A DNA stretch of 32,000 nucleotides from Demequinaceae bacterium (GCA_965250005.1 OZ252279.1:1968754-2000753); one strand, 5' to 3'. Shown: positions 18,399-28,143, counted from the stretch's first letter. A program made the numbers and translations. The notes: generated by a model from the letters alone, not told the origin.

Positions 18399-18474
18399 GC
18401 GCCTCTAGCTCAATTGGTAGAGCATCTGACTCTTAATCAGAGGGTTCAGGGTTCGAGTCCCTGGGGGCGTACCA
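18399..18474 (+). tRNA. tRNA-Lys (anticodon CUU), CCA encoded
   Basis: GCGCCTCTAGCTCAATTGGTAGAGCATCTGACTCTTAATCAGAGGGTTCAGGGTTCGAGTCCCTGGGGGCGTACCA. It forms a cloverleaf with anticodon loop CTCTTAA and a GGTTCGAGTCC T-arm. Confidence 0.9.
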
Positions 18475-18478
18475 ACAG

Positions 18479-18510
18479 CGAAGGCCCGGTCCAATTGGAC
18501 CGGGCCTTCG
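18479..18510. terminator. Bidirectional hairpin terminator between tRNA-Lys (+) and the betaine-binding protein gene (-)
   Basis: Perfect palindrome cgaaggcccggtcca-at-tggaccgggccttcg, giving a stem of about 13 bp once a loop is allowed. It lies between two convergent transcription units. Confidence 0.65.
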
Positions 18511-18551
18511 CCATTCTGAGGGCGGGTGCCCTCAACAATTCGAGACGAGCG

Positions 18552-19535
18552 CTATCCCAGTGTGCCGTCCGAAGAGAAGATCAGACCGAGGACAACTTCG
18601 CCGGTCTTGATGGCGGTCTTGGTGAGCGGGCCACCGACATCGAGCGAGCGGAACTCGCTGATCTCGAAGCCGTAGGTCTCTTCAAGGCCGAGTTGGCAGA
18701 ACTCGCGCTCCGGGCACTCAGCAGGTCCGCCGAGTGAGATCGGACCGCAGGTTGCGGCCAGTTCCGACAGCGACGTGACGCCCCACTCGTCGGCGAATGC
18801 CTGGGTGGTGGCGAAGGCGTTCTGGTCCTGGGCGGCGGAAACGAGGCTGAACGTGATGCCCGTTTCATCTCCGAGCGCGAAGAGCGCCTGAACTGTGGCG
18901 TCGACGTCGCCCGAACTCACGGGTGCCGCCTCAGCGCCGTTGACCTGGCGGTTGAGGAATTCAGCGGCTGTGGCAGCGTACTCGGGGACCACGTGGATCT
19001 CGCCGCCGATGAGGGCGGGCATATATGTTTCCCGGTTTCCGATGGTGCGAACCTCCACGTCGAAGCCTGCGGTGCGCAGAACCGCGCCGTAGATCTCTGC
19101 GACGGTGATGTTCTCCGAGAAGTTCGCGGCGCCGACGACGACGGAGCCGCCGCTTTGGAGCGGAGCCGAGATGCCGGTGCTGGTCACGAAATCAGCGGCA
19201 ACCTGCTCGGACGTCTCAAAGTCGACGTCCGTGCGTTTGTTGAGCTGGATTAGGGTGGACGTGTCGAGGACCTTCGAGACCTCGTCGAGCGCTGCGCCAA
19301 CGGCGGGGTCGAGTGCGATTTCCTGGTTGATGGCCGGGATGATGTTATCCGCATTTTGGAGGTGCAGGTCGTCAGTAAGGACCACGAGGGCGTCGCCAGC
19401 GATCGGCGTACACGTGACTGCTCCGGTTGCGGACGACGTTGTGGTCGGGATGGGATCTTCGGCGGCTGTGGAGCAGGCCGAAAGAGTGAGGACGGACGCC
19501 ACGGCGGCCGCCAGAATTCTAGTTGAGTTTCGCAC
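18552..19535 (-). CDS. ABC transporter substrate-binding lipoprotein, glycine betaine/choline (OpuAC-type) family
   Basis: ORF track gives 18552..19565; I prefer the GTG at 19535, preceded by AGGAGA. The product begins MRNSTRILAAAVASVLTLSACS, a lipobox signal peptide. The body (VVVGAANFSENITVAEIYGAVLRTAGFDVE...IGGEIHVVPEYAATAAEFLN) resembles osmoprotectant-binding proteins. Confidence 0.8.
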   Translation of the reverse strand: MRNSTRILAAAVASVLTLSACSTAAEDPIPTTTSSATGAVTCTPIAGDALVVLTDDLHLQNADNIIPAINQEIALDPAVGAALDEVSKVLDTSTLIQLNKRTDVDFETSEQVAADFVTSTGISAPLQSGGSVVVGAANFSENITVAEIYGAVLRTAGFDVEVRTIGNRETYMPALIGGEIHVVPEYAATAAEFLNRQVNGAEAAPVSSGDVDATVQALFALGDETGITFSLVSAAQDQNAFATTQAFADEWGVTSLSELAATCGPISLGGPAECPEREFCQLGLEETYGFEISEFRSLDVGGPLTKTAIKTGEVVLGLIFSSDGTLG

Positions 19536-19657
19536 TTCTTCTCTCCTGTTAGGTTTCAAGGTCACTCACACAACCCATTCGGCCGCCACATTGTTCCCGC
19601 GATCTGGATGGAATCTGTGAGTCGACTGAGGCTAGCGTGCTTGAGCGCTCAGATTGA

Positions 19658-20389
19658 CTACATGGGCGCGTGGGCGAGTCTGCGGACGGACTCCGGCGTG
19701 AGGCGGCGCTCGAGGCGTCCGAGTAGTGCGTCGACTCCCAGGCTGAGGCCCGCGACCAGGACTGCGCCGGCCAGCACTTGGCCGTAGCGCTGCGTGGCGA
19801 ACCCAAAGTTGATGATGACGCCCAGGCCCCCGCCAGCGACTAGTGCAGCCAGCGGGATTGTTGCGACTGCCTGGACGGTGGCGACGCGTAGGCCGGTGGC
19901 GACAAGAGGCCACGCGAGAGGAAGTTCGAGGCGGGTAATCAGTTGCCGGCGATTCATGCCTTGGCCGCGCGCCGCGTCCCGCAGGTCCGCGTCAACATTC
20001 ATCATTCCCGTGTACGCGTTGGTCAGGATGGGGGGGATGGTGAAGATGGCGACGGCGATGATGATCGCGCGGTTGCCAAACCCGATCGAGCCGGCCGCGA
20101 ACATCATCAGCAACGCGAGCGTCGGGATCGCGCGGGAGACATTCGACGTGACGACGGTGGCGGCCCCGCCGCGCCGAAAGTGACCCAGGAAGAGTCCCAC
20201 GGGCAGCGCGACGAGCGCTGCGAGCCCCACGGCGCCAGCGGTCATGCCCAGGTGGTCAATCGTGAGGCCAATAATTGAGTCCCTGGCGGGCTTGAGACTG
20301 CCGTTGGCGCCCTCGATGAAGATTCCGCGCTCGCCTGTCCAGTTGGCCCAGGTGGTGATCCATGCCCAGGCGTCGCCGAGGATGCTCAT
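19658..20389 (-). CDS. ABC transporter permease (osmoprotectant uptake type)
   Basis: ORF track gives 19658..20410; I prefer the ATG at 20389, which overlaps the upstream permease stop (ATGA). Multi-span protein with the binding-protein-dependent permease EAA-like loop (DAARGQGMNRRQLITRLELPLAWP). Confidence 0.85.
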   Translation of the reverse strand: MSILGDAWAWITTWANWTGERGIFIEGANGSLKPARDSIIGLTIDHLGMTAGAVGLAALVALPVGLFLGHFRRGGAATVVTSNVSRAIPTLALLMMFAAGSIGFGNRAIIIAVAIFTIPPILTNAYTGMMNVDADLRDAARGQGMNRRQLITRLELPLAWPLVATGLRVATVQAVATIPLAALVAGGGLGVIINFGFATQRYGQVLAGAVLVAGLSLGVDALLGRLERRLTPESVRRLAHAPM

Positions 20390-21048
20390 GCGGACCGCCT
20401 TTTTAGCCATGGTGTGAGCCCGCGCCCCAGCAGCATCAGCGCGACGTCAAACGTGAGCGCAAGGGCGACAACGAGCAAGCCGGACGTCGCGATTTCGGCG
20501 CGGAAGCCGCGCGAGTAGCCGCGAAACATCAACTGACCGAGGCCACCGTAGCCCACGACAATTCCTACTGTTACAAGGGCAACCGTGGTGACCGTCGCCA
20601 CGCGCAGGCCAGCGACGATGGCTGGGAGCGCGTTCGGGATTTCCACCGCCAGTAGCAGGCGGAGGCGCCCGTAGCCCAGGCCTCGCGCCGCATCGATAAC
20701 GTCGGGGTCAACTCCCTGAAGTCCAGTTAGTGTGTTCTTGACCAGCATCAGCATGGCGTACATCACGAGCCCTATCAGCACGGTCTTTTCGCCGATGCCC
20801 GTGTACGGCGCAAGGATCGCGAAGAGCGCGAGCGACGGAACCGAGTAGGCGACTGCCGAGACGCCCAGAATCGGCCCCGCGAGCCTTGGCACGTAGCGCG
20901 CGAGCGCGGCAAGCGGGAGCGCGATGACCAGCGCGATTCCTATCGCCTTGACCGTGAGCTCCGCGTGAATCGCGAGGTGCTCCTCGATGGTGTCCCAGTT
21001 GCGCGTGACGTAGTCCCAGCTGAGCCAGGGGTTCGCCGGTTGGTCCAT
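20386..21048 (-). CDS. ABC transporter permease (osmoprotectant uptake type)
   Basis: 220 aa, multi-span, with the EAA-like loop [24 protein letters not shown]. It is the first gene of the minus-strand permease-permease-binding protein operon. Confidence 0.85.
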   Translation of the reverse strand: MDQPANPWLSWDYVTRNWDTIEEHLAIHAELTVKAIGIALVIALPLAALARYVPRLAGPILGVSAVAYSVPSLALFAILAPYTGIGEKTVLIGLVMYAMLMLVKNTLTGLQGVDPDVIDAARGLGYGRLRLLLAVEIPNALPAIVAGLRVATVTTVALVTVGIVVGYGGLGQLMFRGYSRGFRAEIATSGLLVVALALTFDVALMLLGRGLTPWLKRRSA

Positions 21049-21104
21049 GCCACGACGCTACCTGCTTGGCAGTGCACCTCGAGCGAGGAGGTAGCGTTGC
21101 ACGC

Positions 21105-21875
21105 ATGGCAGCGAAGAAGGCGGCAGGCGCCGGCATCAGTTTTTCGAGCGTGCGCAAGGAGTATGCGGATGGCACGGTCGCCGTCACCAAGCTAGATCTC
21201 GATGTACGCGCGGGCGAGCTCTTGTGCCTCGTTGGTCCATCCGGCTGCGGCAAGTCCACCATCCTGAGGATGATCAATCGCCTTGTTGAGCCGACGGCCG
21301 GGAGAATCACGCTCGGCAGCAAAGACGTCATGGATCAGGACGCGGTGGAACTTCGCCGGCACATCGGCTACGTGATCCAGCATGTGGGTCTGTTCCCGCA
21401 CCGCACGGTTGCTCAAAACGTCGCCACCGTGCCAGGGCTGATCGGATGGGGCAAGAGCAGGACGACGGCACGAGTCGACGAGCTCCTCGAGCTTGTTGGC
21501 CTACCTCGCGGTACGTACGGCTCGCGCTACCCCCACCAATTGAGCGGCGGAGAGCGTCAGCGCGTGGGCGTCGCACGCGCCCTCGCAACCAAGCCGCCGG
21601 TGTTGCTCATGGACGAGCCGTTCGGGGCTGTCGACCCGCAGGGCCGCCGCCGCTTGCAGCAGGAGTTCCTTGCGATTCACGAAGAGCTGGGCACGACCGT
21701 GCTGATGGTGACCCACGATATTCGCGAGGCGACGGCTCTGGGCGACAGAATCGCGGTCTTCTCGGACGGCGGCGTGCTGGAGCAACTCGACAAGCCATCG
21801 AAGGTCCTGGCCAAACCGGCAAACGAGTTTGTGGCCACCTTCGTGGCTGACTTTGACCTGCCTGCGCGCGCCTAA
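21105..21875 (+). CDS. ABC transporter ATP-binding protein (OpuCA/OsmV-like core, no C-terminal CBS domains)
   Basis: ORF track gives 21066..21875; I prefer the ATG at 21105 ([13 protein letters not shown]...). It has Walker [11 protein letters not shown]-loop, signature [14 protein letters not shown], Walker [13 protein letters not shown] and H-loop VTHD. It is transcribed divergently from the permease operon across a 56-bp gap. Confidence 0.85.
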   Translation: MAAKKAAGAGISFSSVRKEYADGTVAVTKLDLDVRAGELLCLVGPSGCGKSTILRMINRLVEPTAGRITLGSKDVMDQDAVELRRHIGYVIQHVGLFPHRTVAQNVATVPGLIGWGKSRTTARVDELLELVGLPRGTYGSRYPHQLSGGERQRVGVARALATKPPVLLMDEPFGAVDPQGRRRLQQEFLAIHEELGTTVLMVTHDIREATALGDRIAVFSDGGVLEQLDKPSKVLAKPANEFVATFVADFDLPARA

Positions 21876-22564
21876 GACTTCGGCTTGGAGGCCCTCTTCT
21901 TGGGCTTGTTCTTGATCCTGAGTCCGCGACCTGTTCGCCAAACAGAGAAGTTGCTGCGCGCGGCCCGATCCTCCGCTTGTTTCTCGCCCTTGCGCTGACG
22001 GCGGCGGCGGCCGGTTGTCACGACTCGGTAAACCGCTACGCCCATGCCGAATAGCACGAGGATCACGAGCCACGGGAGCAAGATCGCAGAGAAGCTCATG
22101 GTCACAGCAACGGCGTCCTCAGCGAACGATGCGATGGGGGAGCCTGTACCGCCCGTCGCGGCATTCACAGCGGTGCGGGAGGCGGACTTGCCCACGTGAA
22201 CCACCAGCGCAACGATCGCTCCCAGCGTGTACCCAAGCCACGAGTTCTCTTGCCAGAAGTCGCTCGCTTCGACCCCTGCGGCAGCGGAGCTGGCGGCAAA
22301 GATCACGGAGCCTGAGAGTGGGCGAACCGCTGTTTGGATGATGTCGTTCACGTGGTCTACGCCAGGGATCTTGTCCAGAACCAGTTCAGCGAGCAGGAGC
22401 ATCAGGAAGATGATGATCGCGGGCCAGGAAGCTAGCCAGCCAAGGCTCGTCGGCAATTCGATCAGGCTCGTAAACCGAGCGAGCATGCTCACGATGACAA
22501 GCGGGATGAAGGCGTTGAGACCCGCGGCAGCGGAAAGTCCGGTGCCGGTCAGTGCGGCGAGCAT
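21872..22564 (-). CDS. DUF4126-like membrane protein with a basic C-terminal tail
   Basis: ORF track gives 21872..22627; I prefer the ATG at 22564, preceded by AAGGAGGA. The N-terminus MLAALTGTGLSAAAGLNAFIPLVIVSMLARF and the segment LAELVLDKIPGVDHVNDIIQTAVRPLSG are typical of DUF4126. The C-terminus is Arg/Lys-rich. Confidence 0.65.
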   Translation of the reverse strand: MLAALTGTGLSAAAGLNAFIPLVIVSMLARFTSLIELPTSLGWLASWPAIIIFLMLLLAELVLDKIPGVDHVNDIIQTAVRPLSGSVIFAASSAAAGVEASDFWQENSWLGYTLGAIVALVVHVGKSASRTAVNAATGGTGSPIASFAEDAVAVTMSFSAILLPWLVILVLFGMGVAVYRVVTTGRRRRQRKGEKQAEDRAARSNFSVWRTGRGLRIKNKPKKRASKPKS

Positions 22565-22658
22565 GATCCTCCTTGAGTGCAAGTTCTGCGCGATGTGTAC
22601 GGAATAACGATAGCCTGGGATCGGCACGTAGGCGCGCGCTATACAGAGAGGACGTCAC

Positions 22659-22919
22659 ATGGGTATCGTCAGCGCAGCAATCGCGGGTGCGATCGTTGCA
22701 TTCATCGTTTGGCTGTTGAAGAAGCGGAAGACTGGGATCGCCTGGTGGGCACTTTGGCTCAGTGGCATCGCGGGCGCGCTCATTGGGTACCAGGCCGCGG
22801 GCCTGCTCGGGGTCGAGTCCACGAGCGGAGTCGATTGGATTCGATGGGCCCTCAGTGTGGTCGCGGCATTTCTCGTCATTTGGTTGGCCAGGAAGCTCTT
22901 CAAGGGCGGCAAGAAGTAG
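22659..22919 (+). CDS. GlsB/YeaQ/YmgE-family small stress-response membrane protein
   Basis: 86 aa with three hydrophobic Gly/Ala-rich helices (MGIVSAAIAGAIVAFIVWLL..., WWALWLSGIAGALIGYQAAGLLG...). Size and pattern fit the transglycosylase-associated family. Confidence 0.65.
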   Translation: MGIVSAAIAGAIVAFIVWLLKKRKTGIAWWALWLSGIAGALIGYQAAGLLGVESTSGVDWIRWALSVVAAFLVIWLARKLFKGGKK

Positions 22920-22950
22920 CCTTCACCCGGTCCTCTGGACCGGGAAACGA

Positions 22951-22980
22951 CGAAGCCCGCGGCGGTTGCCGCGGGCTTCG
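22951..22980. terminator. Strong GC hairpin between the GlsB-family gene (+) and tRNA-His (-)
   Basis: 13-bp perfect stem cgaagcccgcggc / gccgcgggcttcg with loop ggtt. A second smaller hairpin, cccggtcc-tct-ggaccggg, lies at 22926-22944. Confidence 0.65.
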
Positions 22981-22986
22981 CACGTA

Positions 22987-23064
22987 TGGGGTGCCTGACG
23001 GGACTTGAACCCGCGGCCTCTGCCACCACAAGGCAGCGTTCTAACCAACTGAACTACAGGCACC
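22987..23064 (-). tRNA. tRNA-His (anticodon GUG) with encoded G-1 and CCA
   Basis: The reverse complement reads GGTGCCTGTAGTTCAGTTGGTTAGAACGCTGCCTTGTGGTGGCAGAGGCCGCGGGTTCAAGTCCCGTCAGGCACCCCA. The anticodon loop is TTGTGGT, and the extra 5' G is characteristic of tRNA-His. Confidence 0.9.
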
Positions 23065-23130
23065 ATCGGCCCTTGCGAGCCAGGCGCTAGTGTATCGCGC
23101 CGGGTCGGCCAGGGAAGACCCAGGCTTGAG

Positions 23131-23736
23131 TTATTCGCTGGGCTTGGTGACGGACTGGGCGTGGACGCGGGCGGTGTCGCTGTCCGGGCCGGGAGAGTCA
23201 ACAAAAACGGCTTCGCGGTAGTAGCGTAACTCGCGGATGGAGTCCTGGATGTCGCCCAGCGCGCGGTGGCCGCCCGTTTTTTCAGGCGACTGAAAATAGG
23301 CACGCGGGTACCAGCGCCGCGCGAGCTCCTTGATCGAACTGACGTCGATGACGCGGTAGTGGAGCCATGCGGATAGTTCGGGCATGTCGCGCTCGAGGAA
23401 CACTTTGTCCATCCCCACGGTGTTGCCCGCGAGCGGGGCCTTGCCCTCGGGGACGTGTTCCTTGATGTAGTCGAGCACTTCTGCTTGCGCGTCGGCCATG
23501 GTGAGGCCGTCGTCTAGCTCGGGGAGTAGCCCCGAGGTCACGTGCATGTCGTGCACGAACTCAATCATCTGGTCCAGCGCCTTTTTGGGGGGCTTGATGA
23601 CCACGGAGACGCCCTCGCCCAGTTGATTGAGCTCGCCGTCGGTGACGATCGCGGCGACCTCGATGAGTGCGTCGGTTTCCACGTTGAGTCCGGTCATCTC
23701 GCAGTCGATCCAAACCATGTGGTTGGGGGCAGCCAT
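23131..23736 (-). CDS. orn: Oligoribonuclease
   Basis: 201 aa. MVWIDCEMTGL... is the DEDDh exonuclease motif I, and ...HRALGDIQDSIRELRYYR is motif III. Adjacency to tRNA-His is typical of Actinomycetota. Confidence 0.95.
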   Translation of the reverse strand: MAAPNHMVWIDCEMTGLNVETDALIEVAAIVTDGELNQLGEGVSVVIKPPKKALDQMIEFVHDMHVTSGLLPELDDGLTMADAQAEVLDYIKEHVPEGKAPLAGNTVGMDKVFLERDMPELSAWLHYRVIDVSSIKELARRWYPRAYFQSPEKTGGHRALGDIQDSIRELRYYREAVFVDSPGPDSDTARVHAQSVTKPSE

Positions 23737-23762
23737 GGGACAACTCTAGGCCCGGTCGTGAC

Positions 23763-24857
23763 TCACGCGGGCCATGCGCCTCTGGAGTACGCGTGCGGCC
23801 ACAAATCGGCGTCGACTCCGAGCTGGTGCGCTGCTCGTAGCGCGAAATGAGGGTCGCGCAAGAATTCGCGGCCGGCGAGCACCGCATCTGCCTGCCCGGA
23901 GGCGACGATCTTCTCTGCCTGGTGCGCCTGGGTTATCTGCCCGACGGCGCTGACGGGCCCTCCAGTGGCCTCGCGTATTGCGGCCGCGAAGGGCACCAAA
24001 TAGCCGGGGCCCGTGGGAATCTTGACCCCTGCGACATTGCCGCCGCTGGACACGTCGATCAGGTCCGCGCCCGCTTCGAGACACCAGCCTGACACTTGGG
24101 TGGCGTCCTCGAGGGTCCAACCGGCTGGTTCGGCCCAGTCGGTGGCAGACAGCCGGACGAAAACGCACGTGGAGTCGCCCGCTTCGGAGCGAACGGCGCG
24201 CACAATATCGAGCAGAAGCCGTGAGCGGTTGTCGAGCGACCCACCGTATTCGTCGGACCGCGCGTTTGGTAGCGGCGACAGGAACTCGTGGATCAGATAG
24301 CCGTGTGCGGCGTGGACCTCGACCACGTCAAAGCCGGCATCGACCGCGCGCCGGGTGGCGGCGCGAAATGCCTCGACGATGTCGGCCAACTCTGCCGCGG
24401 TGAGCTCGCGGGGCGCAGCGAGCCCGGGGAAGGGGATGTCCGACGGGCCGACGGTCTGCCATCCACCGTCGCTCGCCGCCTGTGTACCGCGGCCACTCCA
24501 ACTCCGGTACGTGGAGCCTTTGCGCCCCGCGTGCGCGAGTTGCAGGCCAGCCTTCGCGCCCTGGGCATGAATGAAGCGGACGGTCTGTTCCCACGCGGCC
24601 CGCTGTGCGTCGTTCCATACTCCGGTGTCCCAGGCAGTGATCCTTCCTTCTGGGACCACGGCGGTCGCCTCGGCGATCACGAGCCCGGCGCCGCCGCGGG
24701 CCTGCGATCCGAGGCTTACCAGGTGCCAGTCCGTTGGCACACCGTCTTGGTTCTCCACGGAGTACTGGCACATTGGCGCCACCCAGAGGCGGTTCCTGAA
24801 GGTGTGCCCGCGAAGCGTGAGCGGCGAGAAGAGCGAGGATTCGAGGGCGGCTGCCAT
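23763..24857 (-). CDS. NADH:flavin oxidoreductase / NADH oxidase, Old Yellow Enzyme family
   Basis: 364 aa. LFSPLTLRGHTFRNRLWVAPMCQYS, VEVHAAHGYLIHEFLSPLPNARSDEYGGSLDNR and VSAVGQITQAHQAE are canonical OYE/NamA-like segments. Confidence 0.9.
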   Translation of the reverse strand: MAAALESSLFSPLTLRGHTFRNRLWVAPMCQYSVENQDGVPTDWHLVSLGSQARGGAGLVIAEATAVVPEGRITAWDTGVWNDAQRAAWEQTVRFIHAQGAKAGLQLAHAGRKGSTYRSWSGRGTQAASDGGWQTVGPSDIPFPGLAAPRELTAAELADIVEAFRAATRRAVDAGFDVVEVHAAHGYLIHEFLSPLPNARSDEYGGSLDNRSRLLLDIVRAVRSEAGDSTCVFVRLSATDWAEPAGWTLEDATQVSGWCLEAGADLIDVSSGGNVAGVKIPTGPGYLVPFAAAIREATGGPVSAVGQITQAHQAEKIVASGQADAVLAGREFLRDPHFALRAAHQLGVDADLWPHAYSRGAWPA

Positions 24858-25028
24858 ATCTCAGCGGATCCACGTTCTGCGGGTTGCGAAGGCCATGTTG
24901 CCAACCCTAATCGCGTCAGCGCCCGTCAGTTGCGGCCTGCGCTCGTTGCTCTCGGACGACACCAGGCGGCCAAGTTTGCTGGGTCTTGACGCGGGGGGCC
25001 GACCGCCCCTGTCTCCCTAGCAAATCGG

Positions 25029-25105
<77 letters not shown>

Positions 25106-25204
25106 TGGCGCCGTGCGCGCCTACTAGAGTAGACCGTGGCGCCGATGGCGGTGCGCCCGGCGCGGGTTCTTGGTGGATTGGCAGTCAGGGGGCACGCTAG
25201 TCTC

Positions 25205-26794
25205 ATGAGCATCCGGCCGGTGAAATCTTGGGCGTACCCCGGCGCGCTGCTGGACGCGTTGCGCGCGACCCGCAACGCCGCCGCCGCCGTGGAGTTCCCC
25301 TTCGACTCTGAGTACGGAGAAAAGGGGCGCGAACTCATCCATAACATTACGGAGCAGCTCGACCAACACCTCATTCCACGCGTGGTGGAGAAGTCGTCCC
25401 CGGCGATCGTCGTGGTGTCCGGATCCACAGGCTCGGGCAAGTCGAGCATCGTCAATGCGCTGCTAGGAGAGCAGCTCACGGCTTCTGGCGTGTTGCGTCC
25501 GACGACCATGGCCCCGCACCTCTTCCACCACCCCCTGGATTCTGAGCTACTCAGCAGCGCCTCGCGCAAGGCCGAGGTACTCGCATCCGATGCGATCCCG
25601 CGCGGGCTCGCCGTGGTGGATTCCCCGGACATCGACTCGCTTGTTGGCGCGAACCGTGAGGTCGCGCGCGAGCTACTGGACGCCGCCGACCTATGGGTAT
25701 TCGTGACCACTGCCGCCCGCTACGGCGACGCCGTCCCGTGGGACGTGCTGCGCGCGGGTGCTGATCGTGGCGCGTCGATCGCCGTCGTGCTGAATCGAGT
25801 GACGGTGGACGTCGCCGCTCACGTGCGCCGGGACTTGGTGGACCGCTTGCGCCGCGAGGGTCTGGACTCGCTACCGCTGTTCGTCATCCCGGAGGAGCCC
25901 GAGGGCCTGGACCAACTGCCTGCCGACGTGGTCAAAGGCCTGGGCCGCTGGCTGGACGGCGTGGCCAGCGCAAACGCCACATCGATCATCGAGCGGACCA
26001 TGGAGGGCGCAACTGAGGCGCTCAAGGAGTGGCTGGAGAAGCTCGCCGGCCTGATGGACACACAGGCAGAAGCGGTGAAGCAGGCGCGCGGCGACGTGCG
26101 GCGTGCTGCGGCGCGCGCCGAGCAAGAGGGCGGTGAGTACTGGTTCCGTGAGATCGCCGCGGGGCCCGTCTCTACTCGCTGGGCGCAGACGGCCGGGTCC
26201 GGGGGCCCGCTCTTCAAGATTCGCGGAAGTGCTTGGGCAAAACGGCGCACCGCCCGCGAGGACCGCGACAAGGCACTTGACGAGATTCGCGCTGAGCTAT
26301 TTGAAGCGGTGACGGGCACCCTCGCATACACGGCGGGACAGGCCTCGGAGAGGATGACGGATGCGCTGGGCCGCACAGACGATGGCCCCGGCGTGTGGAT
26401 GCTCGCGCAACGCGACCCCGCAGACGCTCAGGGTGTGCGAGAGCGGCACGCGCGCGACGCCGCCATCGGGTGGTTCACGGTGTGCGAAAGAACCGCGACG
26501 GGGCTTCCCAACGTGCCCGCAGCGATCGAATTGGTGGGCGAGCAGGGGCTCGCAACGACGTTTGCGTCCGCAGTGCTCGGCATCCCGCCAGCGCGGCAGG
26601 CGCTCGCGCTCATGGTGGGATCGGGGCTCCAAGAGACGTTCGACAACATGCGGCTCCAGCTAGGCGCCGCGCGCCGGTACTGCATCAATCGCGAGGCGCT
26701 CGACACTATTCGGCCCACGGACCTGGCCGGCCTCATCCCGGAGGCGTCGGCTGAGATTCGACTGCGCCGCGCCGAACTCAGAGGCCTCCTGTGA
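25205..26794 (+). CDS. Dynamin-like / P-loop GTPase, first of a coupled pair
   Basis: ORF track gives 25136..26794 with a non-ATG start; I prefer the ATG at 25205, and the start is uncertain. P-loop VVVSGSTGSGKSSIVNALLG, switch threonines RPTT, VVDSPDIDS (G3-like) and VLNRV (G4-like), followed by a roughly 330-aa helical C-terminal region. Confidence 0.7.
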   Translation: MSIRPVKSWAYPGALLDALRATRNAAAAVEFPFDSEYGEKGRELIHNITEQLDQHLIPRVVEKSSPAIVVVSGSTGSGKSSIVNALLGEQLTASGVLRPTTMAPHLFHHPLDSELLSSASRKAEVLASDAIPRGLAVVDSPDIDSLVGANREVARELLDAADLWVFVTTAARYGDAVPWDVLRAGADRGASIAVVLNRVTVDVAAHVRRDLVDRLRREGLDSLPLFVIPEEPEGLDQLPADVVKGLGRWLDGVASANATSIIERTMEGATEALKEWLEKLAGLMDTQAEAVKQARGDVRRAAARAEQEGGEYWFREIAAGPVSTRWAQTAGSGGPLFKIRGSAWAKRRTAREDRDKALDEIRAELFEAVTGTLAYTAGQASERMTDALGRTDDGPGVWMLAQRDPADAQGVRERHARDAAIGWFTVCERTATGLPNVPAAIELVGEQGLATTFASAVLGIPPARQALALMVGSGLQETFDNMRLQLGAARRYCINREALDTIRPTDLAGLIPEASAEIRLRRAELRGLL

Positions 26795-28143
26795 GCGTTT
26801 CGTTCACGCACCTCGAGCCTCCGAGCGAGACCACGTTCCTGCGGGAACGGGTGATGCGGCTGCGCTCCTCGATGGAGTGGGCGAGTGACGCGATCTCCGC
26901 CAAAGTGCGCGCCAAGGTGGAGGAGGCAATCACGCGCTGCGAGCAGCGCCTCGACCTGGGCGTGGACTACACGATCGTCGCGCTCGCGGGCGGCACGGGT
27001 TCTGGAAAGTCGTCGCTGTTCAACGCGATTGCGCGGACCGACTTCGCAATGCCCGGCGTCTCGCGGCCCACAACCGCGCACATTAGCGCGGCAACGTGGG
27101 GCGGCAAGGCCACGCCCATCCTCGACTGGCTCGAGGTTGCGCCTGAGCGGCGCCTCGCGTGCAAAACAGCGCTCGACGCGGACTCTGAGCCCGAGTCCTC
27201 GCTCAACGGCATGATCCTTCTGGACCTTCCGGACCACGATTCGGTCAGTGTAGCCAACCGCGCGATCGTCGACGCCGTCGCCCCCATGGCGGACCTGCTC
27301 GTTTGGGTGGTGGACCCGCAGAAGTACGCGGACCAGGCGCTGCACGCGCGCTATCTCCAGGCGGTCGCGGACGTGAACGCGCCGTCGGCCGTCATCCTCA
27401 ACCACATCGACCGGCTTGGCCGCGAAGACACCGACTCGGTGGCGTTCGACATTCGCCGGCTGCTCGCAGACAAGGGCATCGACGACGTGCCGGTGCTGCT
27501 AACGTCGGCGCGCACGGGCATGGGTGTTGACACCGTTCGCGCGGCGCTCGCCGCAGCAGTGCAGAAGCGATCCGTTGCGGCCGAGGCGGTGCGATCAGAG
27601 TTGGTGGCGGCCGGGCGACTGCTCGCTAAGGTGCTCGCGAAAGACGCGGACCCGGCACTTCCTGACTTCCCCCAGTTTGTTGAGTCACTCGCCGTTGCCG
27701 CTGGTGTCGACGCCCGCGCCGATGCGGCGTCCCAGGTGGCCTCGGGGGCCGGGGGCTCCGTGCCCGAGATTGCCGCGCTTACGGCGGCGGCCGTCGATCC
27801 GCTGCGCGAGGCGTGGCTGGACGGCGCCACGGTGGGTCTGCCGCGCGCGTGGCGCAAGGTGCTCGCGAAGGCGATCGGCCGTCCTCGCGCGCTCGCCGAG
27901 GCTGTGAACGGCGCGCTTGGTGCGGCCCCATGGCCCGAGGTGCCCGCGGAGAAGAAGCGGTTCCGACGCACCAAGATCGGAGCCGGTGTGGCCACCGAGA
28001 TTCGCGATGTGGGCCGCGCAGTTATTGCGCACGCCATCAAGGACGAGATTGTTGAGCCCACGCAGACCATGCACCAGGCGTACCGCGCACTGGATGAACT
28101 CACGCATCTGGGCGACGCGCAGACGCCACGCACCGCAGCTTAA
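26791..28143 (+). CDS. Dynamin-like / P-loop GTPase, second of a coupled pair
   Basis: 450 aa. The GTG start overlaps the upstream stop (GTGA). P-loop VALAGGTGSGKSSLFNAI, RPTT, LLDLPDHDS and ILNHID (NKxD-like), followed by a helical C-terminal region. Confidence 0.7.
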   Translation: MSVSFTHLEPPSETTFLRERVMRLRSSMEWASDAISAKVRAKVEEAITRCEQRLDLGVDYTIVALAGGTGSGKSSLFNAIARTDFAMPGVSRPTTAHISAATWGGKATPILDWLEVAPERRLACKTALDADSEPESSLNGMILLDLPDHDSVSVANRAIVDAVAPMADLLVWVVDPQKYADQALHARYLQAVADVNAPSAVILNHIDRLGREDTDSVAFDIRRLLADKGIDDVPVLLTSARTGMGVDTVRAALAAAVQKRSVAAEAVRSELVAAGRLLAKVLAKDADPALPDFPQFVESLAVAAGVDARADAASQVASGAGGSVPEIAALTAAAVDPLREAWLDGATVGLPRAWRKVLAKAIGRPRALAEAVNGALGAAPWPEVPAEKKRFRRTKIGAGVATEIRDVGRAVIAHAIKDEIVEPTQTMHQAYRALDELTHLGDAQTPRTAA

